Positions 52,840-64,000 of a stretch of 64,000 bases of DNA are shown one piece after another. Location of the stretch: positions 47,804,001 through 47,868,000 of the forward strand of contig NC_045696.1 in the NCBI RefSeq assembly GCF_009834535.1. The letters are read 5' to 3'. Each line of letters begins with the position of its first letter. Position 1 is the stretch's first letter. The translations under genes were made by a program, and so were the position numbers. The notes beneath the pieces were generated by a model that saw only the letters and a list, made by a program, of their open reading frames with translations, was not told the origin of the DNA and searched no databases. Origin of the DNA: Camelus ferus. Taxonomy: Eukaryota.

Positions 52840-53535
52840 TGAAGAAAATTCCAAATAATGTATTTTGTTACTCAAGGAGGTGGAGCATAATTCCCCATTC
52901 CTTAAGGACAGACTATCACAGTGACTTCTCCCAAAGATTACAGCTTAGAAAGGAGGCAGGGAAAACTGAAGTTATGGTGGAGAGCCCTTAAAAACACTAT
53001 TTCAGTTGGGTGATCAAGGTCTACCTTAGCAGTAATATCATGTTGATTGTACGTACTTTTGATATGATGTGACGAGAATGGCAATTTACCTCTGTGCTCC
53101 TCCTCCCCAAAATTCAAGCCCAGTCTAGTCATGAGAAAAATATCAGACAAATTCGAATAGAGGGACATTCTACAACATACCTAACTAGTGTTCCTCAAAA
53201 CTATCAAGATCATCAAAAACAAGGAAAGTCTGAAAAACTGTCATAGCCAACAGAGGTCTAAGGAGATATGATAGTTTCTAAATTATAAATGTAAAGTGGT
53301 ATCTTAAGTGGAATCCAGGAACAGAAAAAGGACTTTAATAAAACTAGGGATATCTGAATAAAGTATGGAATTTAGTTAATAATAATATATCAATACTGCT
53401 TCATTAATTGTAATAAATGTGCCATACTAATGTAAGATGTTAAAAATAAGGGAATTCAGGCATGGGTAATGGATACTCTTAACAACTTTTATGTAAATCT
53501 AGAACTATAATTTTAAAAGTTTATTTTAAATTAAA
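52840..53535 (+). mobile_element. L1MC-like 3' UTR
   Basis: catgagaaaaatatcagacaaattc..gagggacattctaca..ctcaaaactatcaagatcatcaaaaacaaggaaagtctga. Confidence 0.8.
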
Positions 53536-53779
53536 AAATTCTATACAGATATGGCATTCTCAGTTATCAGATTGGCAATGCTTAAAATTTGATTTTACAC
53601 TCAGTCGGTGAGAGTGTAAAGAAACAGGCCTTCTTATACATTGCGAAAGAGTAAAAGTATACATTTCTTCTCCTCTATGGAGAACAATTTGGCAATACAT
53701 TTTCAATTATTAATATCTCTGCTAAGTAAAAGTAGAGATACTAACAATTGAAATAATAATATTAAGAAAGACTCATGGG

Positions 53780-54391
53780 ATTTTGCCATTTGCAGCAAAT
53801 GGAGTTGGAGGGTATTATGCTAAGTGGAATAAGTCAGACAGAGAAAGATAAATACTGTATGATATCACTTATATGTGGAATCTAAAAAAAATACAACAAA
53901 CTAGTGAATATACAAAAAGAAGCAGACTCAAATAAACAGAGAACAAACTGGTGGTTACCAGTGAGGAGAGAAGAGAGCAGAGAGGCAAAACAAGCGTAGA
54001 AGAGTAAAAGGTACAAACTTATGCATAAAATAAGCTACAAGGATATACTCTACAACATGGGGAATATAGCCAATACTGTATAATAACTATAAATGGAGTA
54101 AAACCCTTAAAATTATGAATCACTATATTATACACCTGTAACATAATATTGTACATCAACTATACTTCAATGAAAAAATAATTGACCAAAAAAAACCAGA
54201 CAGTAGTACAAAATAACATACACAAAATTGTTTACTGCAGCATTTTTGTAAGAATGAAATACTAGAAAGAAGTTTATCTGAATATTCATTTAATACACAC
54301 AAAAAAAGCCTTACATTCTGTAGAAAGGAAAGACAGGGGGAGACCAAATACCCTTTCTCAGCAACTGATGAATATTCAGCTACAATAATGT

Positions 54392-54422
<31 letters not shown>

Positions 54423-54724
54423 TCCTTAAGAGAAGCAGTTGATCAAACTAGTGGTCACCAGTGGGGAGAGGGAAGTGAGCTGGGCAATACAGGGATAGGG
54501 AATTAAGAGGTACAAACCATTAGGTATAAAATAAACTACAAGGAAAAAAAAAGCTACAAAGATATATTGTAGAATATGGCAACATGGGGACTTTAGCCAG
54601 TATTTTATAATAACTATAAATGGAGTACGACCTTTAAAAACTGTGAATCAGTATATTGCACACTGTAACATATAGTATTGTACATCAACTATACTTCAAT
54701 AATAATAAAAAGAAATATTTAAAA
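53780..54724 (+). mobile_element. Two L1 3' ends (~53780-54180 and 54444-54724) with a (CA)n at ~54395-54422
   Basis: Both end catcaactatacttcaat; the second has TSD aagcagttgat at 54433-54443 and 54725-54735. Confidence 0.85.
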
Positions 54725-57407
54725 AAGCAGTTGATTACAAAAATTTCTCATCTTTTATTTTGATTTTCCTTCACTGTTTATCTTTATTTTATGTAATATG
54801 TTCTCTCCAAACATAACTATAATGATGTTAATATTTATCCCTAATTCTCTTTCACCAAGGCTCTCATTTATTTATTTTCTTTCTAACCCAAATTGTCTAG
54901 TATGTTTGTCAGATTCTAAAGCAAGCTTCCCGCTCCTTCTGTAACATGATTTCTATAATGCCTTTAATGTTCTACTCTTTTCCCTATAGAAGCTCAATAC
55001 TTCAAATGCATTTACTTGATAACAACTCATTAAGTGCCCACCATGTATTAGATTTAAGATAGTGTGATAAAAATAGGATAATAAAAATACAGCCCCTGCC
55101 CTAGAGAAGTTTACTCTCTGGGGAACCTCTGGGTCATTAAATTATAGTTACGATTTTGAAGCCAACTTGATTTAAGTTCTGGATCCTAAACATGTTAGTT
55201 CTAGTTCCATAGGCAAATTATTAGCCTCCTTGAGTCTGAATGTATCCTCTTCCTTCTTTTGGTCCAGATGTGACTTATTTAAAACCACATGATAGAAGAT
55301 CCCTTCAAGTACTGACTCTTGTTGGCCCTGTTCTCTTTCTTCATAAAAGGTTGATCTCCTTTCACATATGATGTAATGTACAAGTCTTCCTTACCATATT
55401 CTGAACTATATAAAGGCAGGGACCATCTCTATTTTTTTCAGCAGGGTTCACTTAGCTCCTAACATAGACCCTGGCACATAGAGTTCACAAATAGATATAA
55501 ACCATTTTTATTCTTTTTACCCTGGTTTCCATGATTAAGCTTGAATAGACCCATTTATTCTGTCCCTTCCTTGCTTGAGTCAGGCACTCATCCTCATTTG
55601 TCCCATCTGTAATGTTGTCTTTCATTTGTCTGTATTCTCAACTGCAATGTCAGCATGGGCAGTGTTTCCAATTGGATCACGCCATCAGAAACGAGCAAAG
55701 CCTGGTTCCCTGAAAGATTAACACACACTGAATGAACAAACGTGACTGGTTGCAATGACTTTATTTTAGTGGATTTTAAGGCCCTTAAAAAGGTTCTTTT
55801 TGGATGGCACTGTGTCACTCTGGCAACCATCTTCACTATGGTGTCCTAATCATTATGGTTCTTTTTTTTAGGTCACAAATATTAATTCAAATGATCTCTT
55901 CTATTCCTTCATATTAGGTTACATGGCCTGAGAGTACATCGCTCTTTCTCTAGTACCTAGAGGCAAATCTGAAATTGTAAATACAAATCAAGAGCAGCTT
56001 CTAGCTATACACATTGATTTTGAAGTCAAGAAAGATAGACTCTTTACACACAACAATAAGGAAAAAATAGAATGAATAGAACTTTAAATGAAGAAAGAAT
56101 GACAAACTGAAATGGTAGACAATAAATAACATAGCCAGACTTGATTTTCTTTGGGTTATTGAATTACACTCCTTGGTTATTTCAAAGACTGATGATATCA
56201 TGTTTTTTAATCCTGTGCTGGTCTCTAGGCCAGAGTCTTTAGGCAAGAAATTCTTACACTAGCAGACAATTCATCTATGACACTTTTAGAAGACAAATCT
56301 CATAGAACTTTACCCTAAGTCTATTTTGCCCTGAGAGTCCAACAAAGCACTCTACCGAGAAGGATTCCAAGTGGCATTTGATCTTTCTCTTCTAATCTCC
56401 CTACTGTTTTGGGCTCCCTCTAAAATAGACTGACGACTGGACAATTGTGCCATTAGCCATCAATAACCTGAGTTTAGGTTAGTCTCACCTTAGTCCTACA
56501 AAATATACTGCAGGTCACAAACACTCATATTCTCAAGCCTGCAAAGTTCTAAGTGAAAGCAATAAAAATATAAAAGATGAGAATAAGTGCTCATTTGGGA
56601 CCACAGACTCTCCCTTCTCTGCCCTCCTTCTATCCCCACAGAGCAGAGGACAAATTATGGGCAGCTAGGTTCAAAAACACAGGTATGAAATAAAAGCATC
56701 TGGAGAGAGTACAATAACTAGAAGCCATTTGTGTGGTTGGAAGATTAGATACAAACACTAAATAGAAAAGAAGAGCAAAATAATTTGGAGACTGGCTGAG
56801 ACAGAACTAACAGTGACATGCTCGTTTTTCTCCCACTTTGTGGCATCCTGGAGGTGGTGGAAATCCTGCTGGCTTGCTGAGGAGCAGAGTTACTGCCTTT
56901 CATGGTAGCATAAATTTACTCTGGGCATTTACATGTCCTGTCAGACATAAGAGAAGAAAGATTCTAGGAACTCCTTGTTCAAAACTCCTTCCATCTGGCA
57001 AATGCCTTACTAATCCTGATCTTCCAGATATAAACCCAAGATAAAATTATGAAATAAAAGTAAGAGCTATTAAGGATTAAAGTTAACAATATTTAATCAG
57101 AGCCCTAGAAGAGGGAAAAAATACAAAGAAGAAAGTGTTTTGAAAAAATGAGAACTTCCTGTAATTAGAGAAAGCAGTTCTTAATGAGGAAAATTCTAGC
57201 TTTAAAAATATTGATCAAAATACAGAAGGACTGAATATAAATGAGCCAATAATTTAACTCAAGGAAAATTACAACCCCAGCTAGAAAAAGAACCACTGAA
57301 TAAGTTCAAAAAAAACATAGAAGAAGGAAAAAGAAAGATAATAACAGAAATTAAGGAACCAGAAAATAAAACAGCAAGGCAGAAAATGATCAAAACCAGA
57401 AATCAGC

Positions 57408-57825
57408 TGTTGTGGACTTGGACATGAGTTGCCCAGATTCCCCTGCAGTGAAAGAGACTGTAGTCAGGAGATAGCCTCCAGCTATCAGTCTCTGGAACAG
57501 CCTCTTAGTTGCAGACAGATGCCTCTGCCCAAGGTCATGATCTTCCCTGAGCAGCCCACAACTAGTGACTCCCTTGGCTAGGGTATAGGGCAGAAACATT
57601 TGACCTAAGGTGGGCCAACCCTGACAGTTTAGCTCCAAAACTGCCCCCTAGAGATTGGCCAAGCCTTTGATTCCTGCTTGCATCACCTTCTGATTTCTCC
57701 CTCTCCCTCTCCCCAATCCTACTTTCTTCCCTTCTCTTCCATAGCTGTTGGTTCCAAAGATACTCCCCAATATCCTGTACCCTATCCTCTGTCACAGAGT
57801 CTGCTTCCTGAAGAACCCTACCTGG
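57408..57825 (+). mobile_element. ERVL LTR (LTR16-like) inside an old L1 ORF2 fragment (~57200-58340)
   Basis: gcccagattcccc..ctctgcccaaggtca..cagagtctgcttcctgaagaaccc. Confidence 0.65.
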
Positions 57826-59534
57826 GCATTATTCTTTGGAAAGATTAATAACATGAATAAATTTCTAAAAAGACTGAGTATGAAAACAAGAGAAAAATCA
57901 AATAAAATATAGAATCTAAAAGAGAAATTAACTACTGACAGTGTAGACAAAAAAATATCATGATAACTTTGAAAACTTGCAAGAAACAAAAGTTCTGCAA
58001 AAATATAAGATGGAATAAGTAGCATAAAAATAAACAGAAAACTTGAATAAACCAATACTGATTTAAGAAATTGAAATAATCATCACATATTTCCCTCAAT
58101 ATAAATCCTGCCTAGATGTTTTTACATGTGAATACCACAAACTTTCAAGTACTAAATAATTTCCTTATTATACAACTTGTTCCAAAAAATAGAAAGAGAT
58201 AACATTTCCAAACTCTGTTAATAATACTGGTATAATCTGTATTATAGAAACAGTAAGTCGGTACATTAAAAAATATGATAAAGCTAATCACTTGTTTAAC
58301 ACAATTTTGAATAAAATATGAGCTAACTGAATCCAAGAGTCTTTTAATGCATTATGATAATATTAATTGATTATAACACATAAACAAAAGTTAAATACAA
58401 AAACAATTTTTAATTAAAAAATAAATTATAAAACATTTTAAAACCATGAGGCCATAATGGTACTCAAAAAGGAAAGAGGGTAGGGAAAGTTCTTCTTTAT
58501 AACAGAATGCCAACTAAAAAAATGAATAAAGATTGATAAGATTTTACAACCATCAGTGTAATAATTGATTCAGAAAATGGATCACCATTGGATGCTACAA
58601 TTCATTAGGTGAAGATTTGTTGGGAAGGGGAGAGACAGTCACATGGTGTAAAAGTATCACCCTTAAGAGCTGTACAAATTTCCAAGTAAAAACTGCATCT
58701 AGACCTTGGAGAAATCTGGTGGTCATCACTTTAACAAAGTGATAACATTTTTAATATAATGATGAGATGATCTGAATTGTACACCTTCTCATGCAATGAA
58801 ATATAAAGCCCTCATCTCCTCCATGAAGTATTCTTGCCAAAAATGTTTTATCTGAATCTAATCAACCTTCAGTCTTAATTTTGAGTTTACAGGAAATATA
58901 GAAAATTAGTCAAAGAACACCATGAGGTAAAAAACAATCCAGAATGTAGTATAATGTACAAGAATACTGACCTTTTCTCTCAAAAGGTCAATATCATTAA
59001 AGATTCAAAAAAAAAAAACCAGATCTTTCTTCATTAAAAGGAACTAGAAAGATACTACAATCAAATGGAATGTCTGACTATTAAATCCTGGATTTTTAAA
59101 AGAAAACTACAAAACATATTTTGGGGACAATTAAGCGTATTTGAATATGAACTAGACATTAGATGCTATTATGGAATGGCTGTTTATTTCTTAGGTTTTA
59201 TAATGATATTGTGATTGTTAATGATATTGTGATTATTAAGAATACCCTTATACTTAGAAGGTGCAAGTATTTAGGGGAGAAGAATGTGTCTGCTTACTCT
59301 ATCTGGCAGGGTAACCAACCAATCAAAAACAAATGGAAAAAGAAGTTTATTAAATATGGCCCAAATGTTAACAAATGGTAAATTATTTTTATTCTTTCAA
59401 CATTTCTTTGGTGCAAAAATTTTCAAATAAAATATATAAAATATAATAATAAAATGAATCATGATAAGCTAGCAGTATAAAAAATACAAGTGTGTTTCCA
59501 CATTTGAAATTGATCAATTTTTTTTACCACACTA

Positions 59535-60925
59535 ATGAACTAAGAGGGAAAGGTAATTCTTTCAGCAATGTTTTACAGTTTTTGGTGTACAAGTCTTTTG
59601 TACCTTCTTAGTAAAGTTTATTCCTTAGTATTTTATGCTGTTTCTGATGCTATCGTAAATGGAATCATTTTCTTAATTTCCTTTTCAGATCATCACCGCT
59701 GATAGAAAAAAATAACAACTGATTTTTTACGTGTTGATTTTTATGTTCTGCAAATTTCCTGTATTTGTTAATTAGCTCTAACAGTTTTTTGATGGATGAT
59801 TTTGAGCTTTCTATATGTAATATATTACGTGTGTATAGACATAACTTTATTTCTGCCTTTCCAAGTTAGATTATGTTTATTTCTTTTTCTTGCCTAACTT
59901 GTCAGATTTTCTGTCTTTCTTGAGTCAGTTTTGGTAGTTTATAGGTTTCTATGAATTTTTCCATTTTATCCAGCTTACACAATTTGTTGGTAAGCTGTTC
60001 ACATTATTTTCTCAATAATCCTTTTTATTTATGTAAAATTGATACTGTTCCCCTTTCTAATTTTAGCAATTTGGTTTTTTTCATATAGATAAAGATCTGT
60101 CAACTTTCATATTTTCAAAGAATTTATAGTTTCACTGATTCTACTGTTTTTATATTATTTATTTCATTTATATCTGCTCTAATACTCATTATTTCCTCTA
60201 TCTTCTAACTTTAGTTTAGAAAGATTCCTTTACAGATGTGTTAAGGAATACAATTAGGTTATTAATCTGAGATCTTTCTCCTTTTTAAAGGTAGGCATTT
60301 ACTACAAAATTTTCATAATCAGCACTGTTTTCACTACATCCATAAGTTTTGGTATGTTGCATTTTCAAATCTCTAAGTATTTTCTAATTTCCCTTGTGAT
60401 TTATTCCTTGATCCATAGGTTATTTTGAAGTGTGCTGTGTAATTTCCACACAGATGTGAGTCTTCTAGTTTTCCTTATGTTATGTCTTCTATTCATTTCC
60501 TTCTATTATGGATTCTACTGATTTCTTCATTCCATTTTGGTCAGAGAAAATATTTTGCATGATTCAAATTTTTTAAAACTTATTGAGACATGTTTTGTGG
60601 CCTAACATATTGTCTATCCTGGACAATGTTTCAGATGTACTTGAGAATATGCATTCTACAGTAGTTGGGGATTCTATAGATGTTTGTTAGGTCTAGTTGG
60701 TTTACAGTATTATTTAAATTTTCTATTACCTTATTGAAATTTTATCTTCTATACATTATTAAAAGTGGGGTATTGAAATTTCCAACTACTGTGGAACTGT
60801 CTATTTATCCCTTCAGTTTTGTTTGCATCATGTGATTCTGGACTGTGTTTGGTACATATACCTTTGTTACATCTTCTTGACAAACTGACCCTTCTGTTAA
60901 CGTATACTTACTTACTGTCTCTTGG
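59535..60925 (-). mobile_element. Old L1 ORF2 fragments, antisense
   Basis: gtgtacaagtctttt, catcccataagttttggtatgttg-like, ttggtcagagaaaata, gtgggtattgaaatttccaact-like phrases. Confidence 0.8.
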
Positions 60926-61718
60926 AAATTTTAAATACATGGTTTTCACTTTCCACACTTCTTTTTACTATAATGAGCATGTATTCATTTTATAATAGAA
61001 ATAAAAAGAGTAAGACAAAGGGAGGAATTTCCTCTCATTCTGAAGGTAGGACCTTCTGCTAAACAATTGGCTTAGACTCCTCAAAAAAAACTGTAATGAA
61101 AAAAATGGGGAATTGATCCTGAAAAAGTTTTAATAACTAAATATAATGTGTGAACATTGACTGGATTTTGTTTAGAAACATTTTGCACAATTGTGAACAT
61201 TTGAAAAACTCTGGTTATTAGATATTATGGATATATTATTTTCATAAGAGTGACAGTGGTACTATGTTTATGTAAAGATTTTTTTTCCTTAGGAAATACA
61301 TGCAGACAGTTTTTGGTGATAATTCATGATCTCTACAACTTTTAAATGATTTAGTAAAAAAAATGTATATATGCTATAATAACATATAGCAAATATAGAA
61401 AAATATGAGCACACTAAATTTAGGTGGAGAGGATACAGGTATTCATCATACTGTTTATAGTTCTTCTGTGTTTTAATGTTTTCAAAATGAAGGTTGGAGG
61501 CAAAAGGGGAAATTTATGACCTCTCTTCAGGAAATATGCAAACAAGCAAAGAGTGAAGTAATATTTAAAGTATCTAAAGGGGAAAAAAATCTAGAATTTT
61601 GTGTTCAGCAAAATTATCCTTCAAAAGTGGAGAAATGCCTTCTCGGACAAAAACTGAGGCAATTGGTCACCAGTAGATCTGTCTCTCAAAAAATGTTAAA
61701 AGAAATTTTTCAGAGAAG

Positions 61719-62338
61719 GGTGCGGGAAGTGGAAGGGCTGGAGAAGTTTCCCGAAGGGCGGCAGCAAGAGGCCGCTGTCACTGGACCTTACCCCTTACTT
61801 CTGTCGTCCCCGTCCCCTCGGGACCGTTGCGAAGGCCGCAGGCTCCTGCACGCCGAACACCTCTCCACCAGCGCAGCCCGGCGGGCGTGCGCCCCTAGGT
61901 CGCTCCGACCGGAACCAAAGCGGGAGCCGTGCAGGTTCCGGAGAGGTGCTGCGCCCCACTCTGGACGGAAGGGCGAGAGAGTTACTGCTCACTCTCGCCT
62001 GAGCTCCGCCCACCGATACGTCGCAGTTGTGAACCCCAATCAGCCAGGGATCTTTTGAGGATGCTCGAAAACAGCAACGATTCACATAGAATGCTGGCTC
62101 CGCTTGAATGCTTGGAGCCTTGGGAGAGACTCTGCAAAGGTCCCTAACCCAGAATATATTTACTTATTAAAAATAACAATAAACCCACTACTTGTTGATA
62201 TTATAAATGTCTTTATAAAGAATAACTATATTTTCCTAAAATGAATTTAGTCAGAAGACTGGCATTGTTTTACAAATCTTTTGCGATAACGTCTGGCTTA
62301 ATAAAGCTGGATTCTTAAAAAAAAAAAAAAAAAAAAAA
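61719..62338 (+). pseudogene. Polyadenylated retrocopy of a CpG-island-derived non-coding transcript
   Basis: Abrupt CpG-rich block 61719-~62145, then a Charlie1-like hAT fragment (~62150-62316) containing AATAAA (62300-62305), then A22 (62317-62338); sits between two contiguous halves of an L1. Confidence 0.8.
61786..62045 (-). promoter_or_regulatory. Promoter-like cassette: CCAAT box, GC box, ETS motifs, putative first exon and tandem splice donors
   Basis: ccaatcag at 62036, ccgccc at 62006-62011, cggaag at 61966-61971, ttccgg at ~61936, ccggaa at ~61909; minus-strand GTAAGG at 61793-61798 and 61786-61791. Confidence 0.6.
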
Positions 62339-64000
62339 CTTCAAAAAATACGATATAGGTCAGAAAATCAGCTCTAAAGGAAGGAAGTTTTAGAGAAGAA
62401 ATAAAGATAAAATAAAATATTTTTTTCTTATTCTTAATTGATCTAACACATAACAGTTTGTTCAAAATAAATAAATAGGTAAGTAAAATGAATGACAGCA
62501 ATGTTGTAAGGAAGTAAGAATTGGGAATACTGTATTACAAGGCACTTGTAATACTCATGAAGTGATATGTTGTTATTTGAAAGAGAACATGGATTATTCG
62601 TAATTATTTATTGCAAACTCAAGGGCAAGCACTAATAAAAAGTAGTGAAAGCATAATTGATATGCAAAGAGGGGGAAAATGGAATCAAAATGTTCAACTG
62701 AGGTAAAAAGGGAAAGAGGGGAAGATGAAAAAAATAAGAAACTAGGGCAAAAAAACAAATATAGATCTTAATCCATCTATATCAATCACTTTAAACACCA
62801 ATTTGCTAAATGACTAATCCAGAGAATAATAGAACACCCACATATCTGGGGAAAATATTTGCAAAACTATATCCAAAATATAAAAAAGAACTCTTAATAC
62901 TCAATAATAACCATTTTTTTTTTTTAATGAGCAAAAGACCTGAACAGACACCTCACCAAAATATAAAGATGGCAAATAACCCTATGGAAAGATGCTCCAC
63001 ATCATATGTCACTAGGGAATTGCAAATTAAAAGGAGTTACTACTACACACCTTTTAGAATGGTCAAAATCCAAAGCACTGACAACCCCAAATGCTGGTGA
63101 GGATGTGGAGCAGAAGGAACCCTCATTCATTGCTGGTGGGAATGTAAAATAGTATAGCCACCTTGGAAAACAGTTTGGCAGTTTCTTACAAAACTAAACA
63201 CACTCGTATAATTCAGAAATCATGCTCCTTGGTATTTACCCAAATGAGTTGAAAATGTATGTTCACACAAAAACCTGAACACAAATGTTTATAGCAGCTT
63301 TTCTCATAATTGCCAAAACTTGGAAGCAACGAAGGTGCCTTCAATATGTGGATGAATAAATTATTGTACATCCAGACAATATAATATTCAGCATTAAAAA
63401 GAAGTGAGCTCTCCAAGCATGAAAAAAAACATGGAAGAACCTCAAATACACATTGCTGTGAAAGAAGTCAATCTGAAAAGGCTATTGTATGATTCCAACT
63501 GTATGACATTCTGTAAAAATGCAAAGCTATGGAGACAGTAAGAGGATCAGTGGTCAGGGGTAGAGGGGAAGAAGTGTTAAATAGGTGGAGCACAGGGCAT
63601 TTGTATAGGGCAGTGAAACTATTTTGTATGGTGGGTATATGTCATTATACACTGATCAAAACCCCCAGGATGAATGACACAAAGAATGAGACCTAATGTA
63701 AACTATGGGCTTTGGGTGATAATGATGGGTCAATGTAGGTTCAACAACCGTACCACTCGGGTGCAGGATGTTGATAGTAGAGGATATGGGGAAATGGAGG
63801 AGGAGGTAGTGTTTGAGAGCTGTTTTCTGAAAGCCTAGAACTGCTTTAAAAATCTATTAATTAAAACAAAACCAAATTATATTCTATATAGCTAATACTT
63901 GAAGCAGTAGCAGTCACTCTTTGGTAAACCTCAGCACAGAATCCAGACATTCCCATCTCTACTCAAGGCATCAGGCAACACTGAGGATGGCTAGGACAGA

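Larger units (their letters stand above)
61540..63860 (+). mobile_element. Old L1 (end of ORF1, inter-ORF region, then 3' end) interrupted at ~61719-62338
   Basis: ORF1-like IFKVSK, aaaattatccttcaaaagtg, aaatgttaaaagaa..ttcagagaagg resumes as gatataggtcagaaa..ttcttattcttaattgatctaaca after the insert; L1 3' phrases at 62850-63860. Confidence 0.8.

Noticed and set aside
55594..55730. Minus-strand splice acceptor (ctttcag at ~55710) as a partner for the retroposed donor
   Set aside because: Such acceptor-like sequences are common, all frames close quickly, and there is no transcript evidence.
59200..59238. 18-bp tandem duplication (taatgatattgtgatt..)
   Set aside because: An ordinary slippage duplication within an old L1 3' UTR.
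61516..62058. 180-aa ORF, the longest in the window
   Set aside because: It runs from decayed L1 ORF1 into the GC-rich insert, where stop codons are rare; no recognisable protein.
1..64000. CRISPR arrays, operons or other prokaryotic systems; host protein-coding exons
   Set aside because: The sequence is clearly mammalian repeat-rich DNA, no regular repeat-spacer array was seen, and the remaining short ORFs are repeat-derived or random. Small exons could have been missed by eye.

Overview
AT-rich, repeat-dense mammalian DNA with no protein-coding exon I can support. The recurrent tRNA-derived SINE resembles the camelid vic-1 family, so the source is probably alpaca, llama or camel. The window holds: a decayed gammaretrovirus-like ERV (gag end, pro, RT, RNase H, partial 3' LTR; 1-3225); an old processed BRD7 pseudogene (~19850-21830); a U6 snRNA/LINE-1 chimeric retrocopy (9718-11010); many L1, L2, MIR, MLT/LTR and Tigger1 remnants; and five SINEs with target-site duplications (TSDs). 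The most unusual item is a young-looking, CpG-rich, polyadenylated insert at ~61719-62338 that interrupts an old L1. On its minus strand it carries what looks like a complete housekeeping promoter (CCAAT, GC box, ETS), a first exon and splice donors, i.e. a promoter apparently moved by retrotransposition of an antisense RNA. Also notable are a 136-bp templated insertion copied from 3 kb downstream into the ERV RT and a poly(A)-only insertion with a perfect 19-bp TSD. Repeat family names come from recall of consensus sequences, and boundaries are approximate.
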